A DNA stretch of 62,494 nucleotides, the filler included, from Pirum gemmata (lineage: Eukaryota), in NCBI GenBank assembly GCA_002812295.1. It is 12 parts of 12 records of this genome, joined end to end, with 100 filler letters (N's around TTAATTAATTAA, not from the genome) between each part and the next. Parts side by side here need not be neighbours in the genome. Positions count along the whole stretch, not along the records: positions 5,012 to 9,934 come from PDIN01000798.1; positions 10,035 to 14,955 come from PDIN01000799.1; positions 15,056 to 19,978 come from PDIN01000800.1; positions 20,079 to 25,010 come from PDIN01000801.1; 8 more parts are not named here. One strand, written 5' to 3'. The stretch's first letter is position 1. The number at the start of each line of letters is the position of its first letter. A program made the translations under genes and the position numbers. Of this stretch, positions 9,620-21,667 are shown piece by piece. Under the pieces are notes generated by a model that had not been told where the DNA came from, searched no databases, and worked only from the letters and a program-made list of their open reading frames with translations.

Positions 9620-10601
9620 TTTTTGTATTTTATTTTTTTTTATTTTTTTATTTTTTTATTTTTTTATTTTTTTATTTTTTTATTTATCTTTTTATTTTTT
9701 TATTTTTTATATACATTTTTTTTTATTTTTTTTTTAAAAAAAAAAGGTAGACTAAAATTATAAAAATCCCCTATAAAAATGTCTACCTAAAACAAATAAA
9801 TAAATAAATAAATATTAATAAATAAAGGAGGAATAAAATTAAAACCTCGGTAGCTATGGATCTTTTTACAAAATCATCGGTAAATTACACAATTCAAATT
9901 AAAAGTCATAAAAATAAGTTCAAAATTTGGAGCGNNNNNNNNNNNNNNNNNNNNNNNNNNNNNNNNNNNNNNNNNNNNTTAATTAATTAANNNNNNNNNN
10001 NNNNNNNNNNNNNNNNNNNNNNNNNNNNNNNNNNAATAATAATAATAATAAAAAGAAAAAGAAAAATAACCTTTGCCTTGGTCAAATTTAAAAATTATCT
10101 TTGAAAATTTATACGAGTAATCCATTTTGAGACACTTTCTTGCTACCAGTAAAAGCTAGCTAGCTATCGTACAGTTCAATGTCAATACTGTTCCGAAGAA
10201 TTTCTACTAAAACTTTTTGAACACAGGCAAACTTTAATACTGCAAACTTGCAGAACTAGACTAGGTATAACAGGCCTGTATAACTCCTTAGGGTATCAAT
10301 ATGCTATTACATATAACTTTACCTGATAGCTTTACTAATTTTATAAGCAACTCTAAAAGTCTCTAAGTATAGAGTCTAGGACTACTGGTAATCATAGTCA
10401 CTGTGCTTTTCATTTATTTTGTCACTCTGGATATTTATTTGGTTGGTTATAGTAGTGAAATTGACATTTTTAAATGAATAAATAGATAATAAAATATACC
10501 AAATAAAATAAAATGGATTTATTTGGTATAATATAGACTACGGTCTATCATAGTAGACCTATATCTGATAGGTCTATGGTATCAATTATGTAATACCGGT
10601 A

Positions 10602-10787
10602 TCGTGCTTTTCAGTCATTTTGTCGTCATAAAATATACAATAAATAGTACCAAATTAATATAATATAAATCCATTTAATTTAATTAGGTATATTTTATTA
10701 TCTATATATTGATTTAAAAATGACGATTTAAAGATTATAACCCTCCAAATAAATATTTTAGAGTGACAAAATAAATGAAAAGCACGA
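10602..10787 (+). mobile_element. MITE family A (TA-flanked, Tc1/mariner-like), full copy
   Basis: TA|TCGTGCTTTTCA...TGAAAAGCACGA|TA. Related copies at about 10403-10530, 11283-11467, 31650-31829, 32950-33130, 33762-33826, 40450-40607, 46820-46927, 59576-59772 and 61981-62140. Confidence 0.88.
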
Positions 10788-11282
10788 TATTGTATGTAGA
10801 AGATGACAGGTAAATGATATATGATAGTTACTAGCTAGACTACAGCTAGACTACACTAGCTAGTCTAGCTAGTACACCTACCTACCAGGACGCTAGCTAC
10901 TAGCTAGTCTATACCCGAAAAGAAGCGGGCCACTTTTCTGGAGAACTAAAAGAGCTATCGAAAAAAGGGCGTTTTTCGGACTTTATCTCTCTAGCTAACT
11001 ATTACATATTATTCGAAAGACATTGAAGAGCTGAAAATATTATCAAACTTTGCCTGAAAATGAAGACATGTCGAGTTTTTATTATAAAAATTGTGTGCAG
11101 TAGACTAAGTAAAATTTTACTAGACTCGAACCTTTAGTTAGGAAAAAAAATTAAAAAAAGTCTAATAATACTCTAATAATGACTTTTTTTTTGTGTATCG
11201 TTTATCTGTAATATATAGACTGGGTCTATAGTATCAATATGATCAATATTATATAGTCAAATAATTATATCTGATAATTATA

Positions 11283-11467
11283 TAGCGCTTTTCATTTATT
11301 TTGTCACTCCAAATATTTATTTGGTTGGTTATAGTTTTTTAATTGACATTTTTTAATGAATAAATGAATAATAAAATATACCAAATTAAATGAAATGGAT
11401 TTATATTGTATTAATTTGGTACTCTTTATTGTATATTTTATGATGACAAAACAACTGAAAACCATGA
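11283..11467 (-). mobile_element. MITE family A copy
   Basis: Reverse-orientation copy with degenerate TIRs, TA flanked. Confidence 0.85.
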
Positions 11468-11613
11468 TAACTTTACCAGATAGTCTAATGTAAACAGCTA
11501 TGTAAACAACAAAAAATCATTGTTTATTAATACCAATCCACACAAGACAACATCAAAACACCCAAAAACAAAGGAGGTACCAATAGTGTCCAACCAATCC
11601 ACACAAGACAGCA

Positions 11614-11841
11614 TCAAAACACCCAAAAACAAAGGAGGTACCAATAGTGTATCAATATATGCGAAAATAACCGAATTTTTGCTGATGGTGGTAATTGTTT
11701 GATTTCATTACATTCTAAGTACATTAGATTTTTAAAATTACCAATGCTTGTCGGAATTTTGGTTGTTGTAATCGTTAATATTGAGAGTGTACTCAAAACA
11801 AATGCATTTATCGGTTTACTAACTAACAATAAGTTGTACAC
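11614..11841 (-). pseudogene. Leucine-rich repeat fragment
   Basis: KIPTSIGNFKNLMYLECNEIKQLPPS fits an LRR consensus; there is no complete gene. Confidence 0.4.
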
Positions 11842-11896
11842 TTCATTTTTACCAATGAAAATTTTTTTATTAACAATTTTAATACGATTTTTTTAT

Positions 11897-12391
11897 TCAT
11901 TTTTTAAAATAAGTTAACATTCCCATAGTAGTGGTTTGTATTTCCAAAATACACTGTGGGGGTAAATAAAAACTGTCAATAAATGATAATTCATAAGGAC
12001 TGGAATTAATGTTAGCACCAATTTCAATTATCATGGAATCACCAACTAAATGAGTTTTTTTATTTGTTCTGGAATTACATGATTGTCTATTATTAACAGA
12101 AACTGTATTATTTTGTGTTAGAGGTGTGGTATTTTGTGTTGGAGGTGTGGTATTTTGTATTGGAGGTGTGGTATTTTGTGTTGGAGTGGTGGTATTTTGT
12201 GTTGATTTGATATTCGATATATTTTCTAGTGGTGTGATATTTTCTGATATGGTGTTTTCTGATGTGATGTTTTGAGGTGACTGATGTTTTTCTGTAGTTT
12301 CTATATATGAATCTCGGTTTGTTTGGTTGATATCAATAATATTATTAAGTTCATCTGCTAATCCTTCTAAAGTTTTTTCTAGGTCACTCAT
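11897..12391 (-). CDS. Hypothetical protein with QNTTPPT repeats and a GDS motif (possible SGNH esterase/LINE ORF1 remnant)
   Basis: ATG-initiated 164 aa ORF with a 21-bp tandem repeat. THLVGDSMI resembles SGNH block I. Confidence 0.35.
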   Translation of the reverse strand: MSDLEKTLEGLADELNNIIDINQTNRDSYIETTEKHQSPQNITSENTISENITPLENISNIKSTQNTTTPTQNTTPPIQNTTPPTQNTTPLTQNNTVSVNNRQSCNSRTNKKTHLVGDSMIIEIGANINSSPYELSFIDSFYLPPQCILEIQTTTMGMLTYFKK

Positions 12392-13309
12392 TTTGTTGTA
12401 TAAAAGCTTGATTTTTTATCAATCTTATAGCAAGGAGAAATGCCAACCTTATTAAAAAATTTCAACATAATATTATTTTCACTGCAAAACAACAGTAAAA
12501 CAACAACTCCAACAACTCAGTGCTGATCAACTTGCTTCCTCAAGAACTACAACTCACTCTCAACAACAAAAACAACAATAACTTAATATTATACCAAAAT
12601 GATATTTCATACAAAATATGATCCCAATACAAATTTAAAACAATACAGAGAAAATCCTAAAACTAGCATTCCTTTTTCAAAATATTGTATAAGCTAGTTT
12701 TGCTAGTTTTGTATTGTTGATTGTGTGTTGGTTCAGTAGTGTTCAGTGTTAGTTTGGTTACTAATTATTTTATTTTTTTTATATTTTATGTTTCAAAGTT
12801 TTATTATGTTGATGAATTTTATTGTCCCTCCCCACGACGACCCTACTGAGCGAACAAGGGAAATACGGGGGTAGTGTTACTCTAGCTAGCTAGTATTGAT
12901 ACTGTACCGTTTACAAAGCGAGTGTTGGATTCCTTTTATTAAGATGGGGTTGGTGAAATTAGTACAGGGGACCGGCCCCGGGTGACTGCTCCAATTTAAT
13001 ATAGTCGCTCAAGAGTGACATCTTGTCTGAGAGGGTGATAAACCCTACTAGTTAGGAAAAAAACCCTACTAGATCTACTAGCTAGGAGAAAAACCTGGGA
13101 AGGGAAAAAAAACAGTATAAAAACCCAAGAAAACTAAGGTTTGGGGACCCAGTTTGGGGACCCTCCTTTTTTCCTACTTCCATCCTACTAACGGGTATTT
13201 TTACCTATTTGGTAATAATCTTAAAATTAATATGGTAGTTTCAGAGTACCCCAATTTTGCAATTTCTTTGACCGTGACAGAAAAGATTAGCATTTCATTA
13301 CAATACTTT

Positions 13310-13645
13310 TGTATTGGTTTTTATAATTGTTATTTGTTTTGATTTTTATAATTGTTATTTGTATTAATATTGGTTTTTGTAATTGTTATTTGTATTGATT
13401 TTTATAATTGTTAACGTTATTTGTATTGGTTTTTATAATTGTATGGGTTTTTATAATTGTTATTTGTATTGGTTTTTATAATTGTATTGGTTTTTATAAT
13501 TGTATTGGTTTTTATAATTGTGTATTGGTTTTTATAATTGTATTGGTTTTTATAATTGTATTGGTTTTTATAATTGTATTGGTTTTTATAATTGTATTGG
13601 TTTTTATAATTGTATTCGTTTTTATAATTGCATTGGTTTTTATTT
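13310..13645. repeat. 18-bp minisatellite (TGTATTGGTTTTTATAAT)n with 27-bp variants
   Basis: Tandem units visible directly. Confidence 0.92.
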
Positions 13646-13824
13646 TTAAAAAATCATACAATAACCACTAATATATACTAAATAGGGTATAATTACATGT
13701 CATTTATTAATTTTTATTAGAGACTCATTTTTTCCTAATAATAAAGTATTTAAGTTTTGAACAGAAAATAACATAATTCTACCCAAAACGGGTATAAATC
13801 TTTAGTAGATAAAATAATAGGAAT

Positions 13825-14130
13825 AGAAATGACGTAAAATATTAAAAATGAGCTAATAACTACGTCAAAAGGTTATTTACGGATTAACCAATCAAAAGAC
13901 TTAGGACAAAAGAAAACAAAGACTCCATGAAAATTTTTGCAAAATACTATGGTACGGAGAATGACGTAAAATAGTAAAAATGACCTAAGAACTACGTCAA
14001 AAATGAGATTTGGGGATTAACCAATCAAAATTAGGCTAGTAGACAAAACATAGGACCGATAATGACGTAAGATTGATTGAGAATGACGTAAATTATTAAA
14101 TGACGGATCAACCAATCAAAAGACTTAGCC
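13825..14130. repeat. Imperfect repeat cluster with TGACGTAA and AACCAATCAAAA motifs
   Basis: AATGACGTAA x4, ACTACGTCAAAA x2, AACCAATCAAAA x3. Confidence 0.75.
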
Positions 14131-15481
14131 TACTAGAACTAAATATGTAGACAACAGATTGGCTAGATGAGAAATTCATGAGATTGAATAGAAAAGGGAA
14201 TTTGGTGCTCGTTGATAGGTGAGTAAAATTTTCTAGGTAATTTTTTTTATGGTGGGGGAATTCTACCTGATTCAAGGACTTCAAAAAAAGAACCAGGACT
14301 GAGGGGCTTTTCCCTGCGTTTTTTGCGTGGGAGTAGAAAAAAGGTAAAAAAAATGCCAGTTTTTCCCAGACTAAAGTTGGCCTTATTTTGACTTGTTTTT
14401 TTTTTTCCTAAACGTTCACACAGGGTTAGCTAGCTAGCTAGGACTAGCCAGGGAGCTACTAATTCTTTTCTATCACTTGATAGTCTATAATAATATTATA
14501 CAACTTGGTTAGTAGTACGACTAGTTACTTACAAGTTACAATATTATCATAATANCAATATTGTATGTAACCTTTATTATATATATTGTATTGCTTATAT
14601 ATTTATACAATAGTTATTTCAAGTCCATGGTTATAAAAACTCGAAATACTTTTTTAAAATTAAATTTGGTTTTATCTTTATATATTATTTCATTGGTACT
14701 GCGTACAATGATCCAAATTTTATGGCAAATCATATGCAATGCAATGCTTTCTGTGTAATAGGTTTGCTACTAAAAAAGAAAACCATTGTAGGAATAAATC
14801 AATGATACTTATGGTTCCGGTTCACAAGCAAACGGGTGAAGACTTGTAGAAAGTGCATTATATAGAGCAAAAAGAGCAGGTGTTTATCCCATTGCTATAG
14901 TAAAAGATAATAACAAAGTCAATCAAAAATGTTTTTATTTATTGGCTAATGCACGNNNNNNNNNNNNNNNNNNNNNNNNNNNNNNNNNNNNNNNNNNNNT
15001 TAATTAATTAANNNNNNNNNNNNNNNNNNNNNNNNNNNNNNNNNNNNNNNNNNNNTAATAATAATAATAACAAAATTTAATATATTGTACTTCATGTTTT
15101 CAACACAGTATTGACAACGTTAACATGACACTTCAAATTCTCGATTTTATTAATCAAAAGCTTGTTTAATTAAAGAATGGGCAAGTTGTTTATTATGCAG
15201 AAAATATTTACTATGTACCACCAATAACAAGCCATTTCTTTATGTTTAGGAATAATTCATATTAGTAATGATATATGACAATATTAATATTTAAATATAA
15301 TTAATGGTAGAGATGGTATATATGTTTATGCCACAGCTGCATTAAAATTAAAACCATAACCATTTGTAATGCGACATGCACAGTTTTGCGGCATTAAATT
15401 ATGCATAATAAGTAAGATCAAAATCAATTGATGCAAAGAGCTACTACTTTTAAAATCATAAATTATTATTTTTTTTGTTTT

Positions 15482-15513
<32 letters not shown>

Positions 15514-15638
15514 ATTATTATTATTATTATTATCATGATAATACATATAATATTCAGTCATTATATTATTATTATTATTATTGTAGTATTATTATAATTA
15601 TTATAGCCAAAATATTTGTATAATATTTAGTGAAGTAT

Positions 15639-17129
15639 TCAAGACATGATACTTCTTTGGATAGCTTTTTCTCTAAGTATATTCATTTGAACACTCCTAC
15701 TCCACTTATAGTTAGTGTAGTAAGAAACGCTGTGTGTATTAGACCCACCTTTGTTTTCACTAAAATCAACAGGTAAATCATCATCCTCATCGTCCTCGTC
15801 TTCGTCATTGACATTCCAGTTATTTGAAAATGATTTCGATCTAATACTTATTACAGGACCAACTTCACTACGGGCAGTTCGAGCTGATTTAGACCTTGAA
15901 ACTTGCTTGCTGGCTTTTCTTCGTAATTTGCTGCTTTTAGGTTTTTTACTTTCGATACTTCCCCCGTCTTGCACTTTTTTATCATCTGGGGTGGAAAAAC
16001 TATTGGACCTTTTATTTTGCAGGATATGCCCAGTTCTGGGATCGTAATACTTACCACTGTGCTTTTTCTTTTTCTTCATTATGTTATGATTATTACCCCC
16101 GTAACTATTTTTGCCTTCTCTTTTGTTTTTGCTTTCGAAGGACAAATCTAATAGCCCCATGTTATTTGCGACAGAAATCTGCTTATAGTTGCCTAGGGAC
16201 TTGCTTCTGCTCATACCCTGTTGCGTATCATGATCAATTTCATCTTTTAAGGTTGTTGTTGATATTGGTTTGGCCAAGGTGCATGGCAATCGTGCACTCG
16301 TTGATGTTAATGATGATGATGATAAACACGAAGCCTCTCCTTGATCATCTTTACCATTATCCATACTTGTAGTAATAATAGGGCGTTTAGTTTCAGATGG
16401 CATAGTTCTAGTTCTATTTATTCTCCTTCTAAATGTATCGTTGGTTGTTTGGAAGTTGGATATATTGATGATGGTGTCTTCATTATATTCATCCTCCAGT
16501 AAATATTTAGCGAAAGGGTTAATATCAATGTCAAATGCAATATTGTTCATATTATCATAATTATGCTCATCCTCACTAGTAATTGCGTTGATATCTTCAT
16601 AACAATATTTCTCATTACTAGCGATACTAATGTTATCATAATCATGTTCTTCCTCATTAGTCATTGCGTTGATATTTTCATGACAATGCTTCTTATTACT
16701 AGCGATACTAATGTTATCATAATCCTTATTATTATTGTCATTCCCATTTTTATTATTCTTACCATTATTATTATTATTATTATTATTAATTTCTAAAAAC
16801 TCCATGTTGTCATAGATATTATTATTAATTTCTATATACTCCATATTGTCATAGATTGGATCGTTTTCAACATCACAAGCCTCTTCGTAATCATCAAAAT
16901 GTTTAATGTTAACGTTGTCGTAAATCCTCTCACTTTCCGTACCTGAATTATTACTATCTGTAGAATTCTCTGTTTTATAATCAATATACTTTTTAAAGTT
17001 ATAATTAGTATATAATGGGTTGTCAGTACTGTTTATGACATTGTCATTGTTATTATTAGTAATGACGGATTTTCTATTATTGTTATTATTTTGTGGGATG
17101 AGGTTTCTCCCTGGTGCTTTTATTAACAT
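15639..17129 (-). CDS. Intronless low-complexity protein (496 aa) with repeated YDN motifs
   Basis: Long ATG-TGA ORF; IYDNV, IYDNM x2, DYDNI x2, NYDNM; 13-aa and 27-aa internal repeats. Confidence 0.8.
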   Translation of the reverse strand: MLIKAPGRNLIPQNNNNNRKSVITNNNNDNVINSTDNPLYTNYNFKKYIDYKTENSTDSNNSGTESERIYDNVNIKHFDDYEEACDVENDPIYDNMEYIEINNNIYDNMEFLEINNNNNNNNGKNNKNGNDNNNKDYDNISIASNKKHCHENINAMTNEEEHDYDNISIASNEKYCYEDINAITSEDEHNYDNMNNIAFDIDINPFAKYLLEDEYNEDTIINISNFQTTNDTFRRRINRTRTMPSETKRPIITTSMDNGKDDQGEASCLSSSSLTSTSARLPCTLAKPISTTTLKDEIDHDTQQGMSRSKSLGNYKQISVANNMGLLDLSFESKNKREGKNSYGGNNHNIMKKKKKHSGKYYDPRTGHILQNKRSNSFSTPDDKKVQDGGSIESKKPKSSKLRRKASKQVSRSKSARTARSEVGPVISIRSKSFSNNWNVNDEDEDDEDDDLPVDFSENKGGSNTHSVSYYTNYKWSRSVQMNILREKAIQRSIMS

Positions 17130-17404
17130 TATGTGTTATTATTATTTTTTGGTTTTAGTTTTTTTTTACTTTTGTTTTTTATTTTATTATTATTATTATT
17201 ATTATTTGTAATTATTTATTTTTTTAATGTCAAAAGTGTATTTATATAATAATATAACAATGATATATATAAATAACAATGATTTGGGGTGTGATTCTAG
17301 CTACTACTACTAGCTAGCTAAGCTACTAGCTAGCTAGCTAAGTATAACAACTAAAGTAACAACTAACTCGGGCAACAAACTACAACCTGTAACTACAATT
17401 ATGG

Positions 17405-17596
17405 TGGTGCAAACAATCTAAAAATGTCCTACTTTTTTTAAAAAGCCCCACCTTTTTTAATATGTTTATGATATATTATGACATGGTCGAAATTTTCCAA
17501 TCTATGAAAAAATTCTATTATAAATGTTGATTTTGTTTGAGAACTGAAAGTTCAAATGAAATCCAAAAGTTGGACGTTTTTAAATTGCTTGCGCCA
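17405..17596. mobile_element. MITE family E (~25-bp imperfect TIR)
   Basis: TGGTGCAAACAATCTAAAAATGTCC versus the reverse complement of the right end, TGGCGCAAGCAATTTAAAAACGTCC. Related internal sequence at about 18610-18720 and 40270-40440. Confidence 0.65.
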
Positions 17597-18123
17597 TACT
17601 TTAGAATAATCGATCATAAAAATGAAAAAAAAAGTACATAGTAGACGACTTTTTAAAAACAGTAACAAGATACCAAAACTATACCAAACCAACTTTTTAT
17701 TTTATTTTATTTTATTTTTTTTTTATTTTAACCAAGTCGGATAAAAATTGCGGCGTCTCCCACGTCATGCCACATGAGCTCAAAAATCCAAAAACCTCAA
17801 AATATTCCAATTTTAATAAAAGTACTACCAAAATTTGAAAAATCACCTGACTAAAAAAACTCTACTATGAACCAATTGCTAGATTTTAAAAATAATTTGC
17901 CTAGTTTTTAGAAAAGATGTCCCAAAAAATGATTTCTACAGTTTTATCCGGCATAGTCAATGAAAAACCCTAACGACAAGGTTCTAACAAGCAAGGAGGC
18001 TGGTAGATACTTGGGGTACTATCATAGCTAGTAGAGCTAGCTAGTAGCAGGCATAGACCCCCCTATACCTCTAGGCTATAATAGGCCTCTACAATTATTA
18101 TAATAATATGATACTAGTAGGTA

Positions 18124-18447
18124 GACTTCTCCGAATTCTGCCCCTAAAACTCGACTTTCTGCTTCTGCCTTCTGCCCCGAAAAGCTCGATTTCTGCCAAG
18201 CAGAATTTCCGGTCTGTTTGGTCTGTTCGAAATTAATTTTTTCGAGTTTATTAATAAATACATAAGTTCGAAAATTTCATGTTTATATTTTTATAGTGGT
18301 AGAATCAATCTCCTTTTTTTNNNNNNNNNNNNNTTTTTTTTTTTTTTTTTCAAAAAATTAATTTTTGATCGAGTTAGAGAGGAAAAACACCATTTTGTCA
18401 TTTCTCAAAAAAGGTCAAATTCTGCCCGGGCAGAATTCGGAAAAGTC
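18124..18447. mobile_element. MITE family C (TA-flanked)
   Basis: TA|GACTTCTCCGAATTCTGCCC...GGGCAGAATTCGGAAAAGTC|TA. Near-identical inverted partial copy at about 52660-52885; diverged copy at about 55074-55365. Confidence 0.85.
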
Positions 18448-18740
18448 TATTGGTAGGTTAGCTTTTTTTTTTTTTTCCACTCAATATAACACTATCCAAT
18501 TATAGTAAAGAAAATGCAAATAGTAGCTTAATAATTGACCTATCAGCTGACCCTCCGTGACGTAAAACACAATAATAGCCTATTAATAGGACTAAATGGT
18601 AAAATATTGGAAAACGTTCTACTTTTTTTACTAATTAAAAGTCCCATTTTTTTTTTTATATATTCGAAAATTTCAAATCTATTAAATATCTATTACAATA
18701 CTTTTGTTCGAAAACTGAACTTTCCAGTAGTGAATAAGTA

Positions 18741-18916
18741 GGGGTGAGATGACGTCATTTTATTATTACCGAACACATTAATACTTTTTTTGGTATCTGC
18801 TATAATTAGATTTACTATTTTAAGCTATTTAACTGCTATTATTAGTAAGAAACACGGAACTAAGGTTGGCTCGATAAGCATCTGTTCGGAATAAGTTCCA
18901 GTAGATATCTCACCCC
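18741..18916. mobile_element. MITE family D (TA-flanked)
   Basis: TA|GGGGTGAGAT...ATCTCACCCC|TA; partial second copy at about 38925-39050. Confidence 0.75.
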
Positions 18917-19882
18917 TACTCTGGGAAGTTGGAACAGTGGGAACTTAGTGATACTGGGAAGTGAATAATAGTCTTCAGAAGTCGCATTGATTTGTTTTCT
19001 CATCTTTTTTTTTAACTAATTTTGACCAATACCTGATTCAAAAAGGGCTTTTCAAAACTGGTAGACAACTGGTAGACTGTGGTAGTTTTTTATTGACCAA
19101 TCCAAAGGGGATAGATTCTTTTTTTTTCCTGTTTTGTTGTTGAAATTGGTTGAAATTGTCTAAATTGTCAACAATGTCGTTATTGAACTTAATTGAAGAC
19201 AATTTGAATTTTGAGGTTTTGAAATAGTGTTGAAAACTTGAAATTGATATTATCAGTGATAGACTACTATCATACTAGCTAGCAATCATAGTATATGCAT
19301 ATAATTATATCATATATATGATATCAGATCGCTGATGATACTAGCTAGCTAGGCTGATGATAATACGGTTTATCCGTTAGACAGTGCCCTCTAGCTCCTG
19401 TATCATAGAAGTATATATCATAGTTGAAAAAGTCTGTGGTTAATTATTACAAAAAGTTATTAGTAAAGGAACAACTTTGGTGTCAGATGTAGACATTATT
19501 GTTCTAAAGCGAAAATATTAATGTCCACATGGTACACATGGCCAGCTATGATCTAGCTAGCTGCTAGCTCTAGAGCTAGGGTAGCAAACTTGGCTCAAAC
19601 TTTACAGCATCAAGTAATTTTTTACATAGGACCATTACTTTTCAATATACTACTACTATCAAACCGCTTTCCACCAACTGTAGAAGATAAATTTTAATAT
19701 TTATTCCCAGTCCACATTTTTAATATTTATTCCAGATACATATCATATAGTGTAATTGGTATTAATATCATAAACTTTTTCTATTAACAATAGCACAATA
19801 ATAACAACAATAATAACAATATTAGCATCTAATAAATAAGAACAATAATAAATAAATAATAATAAATAATAAAAATAAAAAT

Positions 19883-19922
<40 letters not shown>

Positions 19923-20552
19923 TGATAATAATATTGATAATTAATAATAATTTAATAATACTAGTAATATTAATAATANNNNNNNNNNNNNNNNNNNNNN
20001 NNNNNNNNNNNNNNNNNNNNNNTTAATTAATTAANNNNNNNNNNNNNNNNNNNNNNNNNNNNNNNNNNNNNNNNNNNNAAAAAAAAAAAAAAAAAAAAAA
20101 AAAATATATATTATAATATTATTATACGTATCAGCTTTCATGAAGTCTTTGATTTTATGATAAAAAAAAAAATACTAATATTATTATGTATTATTGATAT
20201 TGTGTAATATTATATAGTATCATACTAATATCAATATTGTTTATTATCATGAGGCCTAACTCATTTTATTATATTGGAAAGTTATAAAAAATAAATGACA
20301 CGGACGATTTTTTTTTTATTGCTAATTAGTAGTATATATCGTCATTAATTATTAATTTTTAAAACAGTGTATCATTTTTAGCTCTTAGTTTTTTTTATTA
20401 AAATATGTTACTGATTGTAATTATTGACAACCAAACATAAATAAAGACACGATATATCTCTTAGACGATATGTATCATAATAAAATAAGTTTTAAATCCT
20501 TCATGATAGCAACAGTATTCTTGGGAATACTTCGAATGGTAAAAGTGTAAAG

Positions 20553-20774
20553 ATGAATGGAGGGAACAAAAGAGGAAGTAGCACCAACGAAAAAAGTAAT
20601 GGAAGAAATATATTTTTACAAGAACTAGAACAAAAACTTCACAAAACCAATAGCAATAATATTAACAAAAGAATAGACGATGCTGTTAATGATTCTTTTC
20701 TTCGCTCAGCTGGTCCTTCACCTTTAACATCTTCCCCTAAACCAATTGTTTCCGATATATCTATACCAAACGTC

Positions 20775-20836
<62 letters not shown>

Positions 20837-21615
20837 CTTTAACAACAAGAAAATTAACAGCAAATACAATGTCAGCAATAGCAACATCTACAATGCCAAA
20901 AATAGTGGTGATAATAAAAACAGCAATAAAGTAAGCGCACTACTACCTAAAATACCCAAAATACCAACGCAAAGTATTAATTTAGAAGAAAATTCGGAAA
21001 GTGAGAGGTTGGAAAATGAAGAGGAGGTTGTTATACCAAGTGTTATGCCAGAAATTGCAAAGAAAAAAAATGTAAACAAAGCACCAAATGTTTCTGTACC
21101 TGCCATACCAATACCCAAAACACCAACGCAAGGTATTGATTTAGAAGAATATTCCGAAAAAGAAGGGGATAGAATAGATNAGAAATTGCAAAGAAAAAAA
21201 ATGTAAACAAAGCACCAAATGTTTCTGTACCTGCCATACCAATACCCAAAACACCAACGCAAGGTATTAATTTAGAAGAAAATTCGGAAAGTGAGAGGTT
21301 GGAAAATGAAGAGGAGGTTGTTATACCAAGTGTTATGCCAGAAATTGCAAAGAAAAAAAATGTAAACAAAGCACCAAATGTTTCTGTACCTGCCATACCA
21401 ATACCCAAAACACCAACGCAAGGTATTGATTTAGAAGAATATTCCGAAAAAGAAGGGGATAGAATAGATATAAAGATGTTAGAAAATAGTGAGGGCATTT
21501 TTATACCAAAGATTGCAAAGAAAAACAATGTAAGCAAAGCCCCAAATATTTCCATACCTTCCATACCCGTGCAGGTTTTAAAAGCCAAAGCGAGAATCAC
21601 AACAGCAACAACAGC

Positions 21616-21667
<52 letters not shown>

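Noticed and set aside
13310..13645. CRISPR-like array
   Set aside because: Units are contiguous with no unique spacers; eukaryotic context and no cas genes.
20950..21470. Two separate genes or a biological frameshift at 21180
   Set aside because: The break coincides with a single N inside a 159-bp coding repeat, so it is most likely a mis-resolved assembly join.
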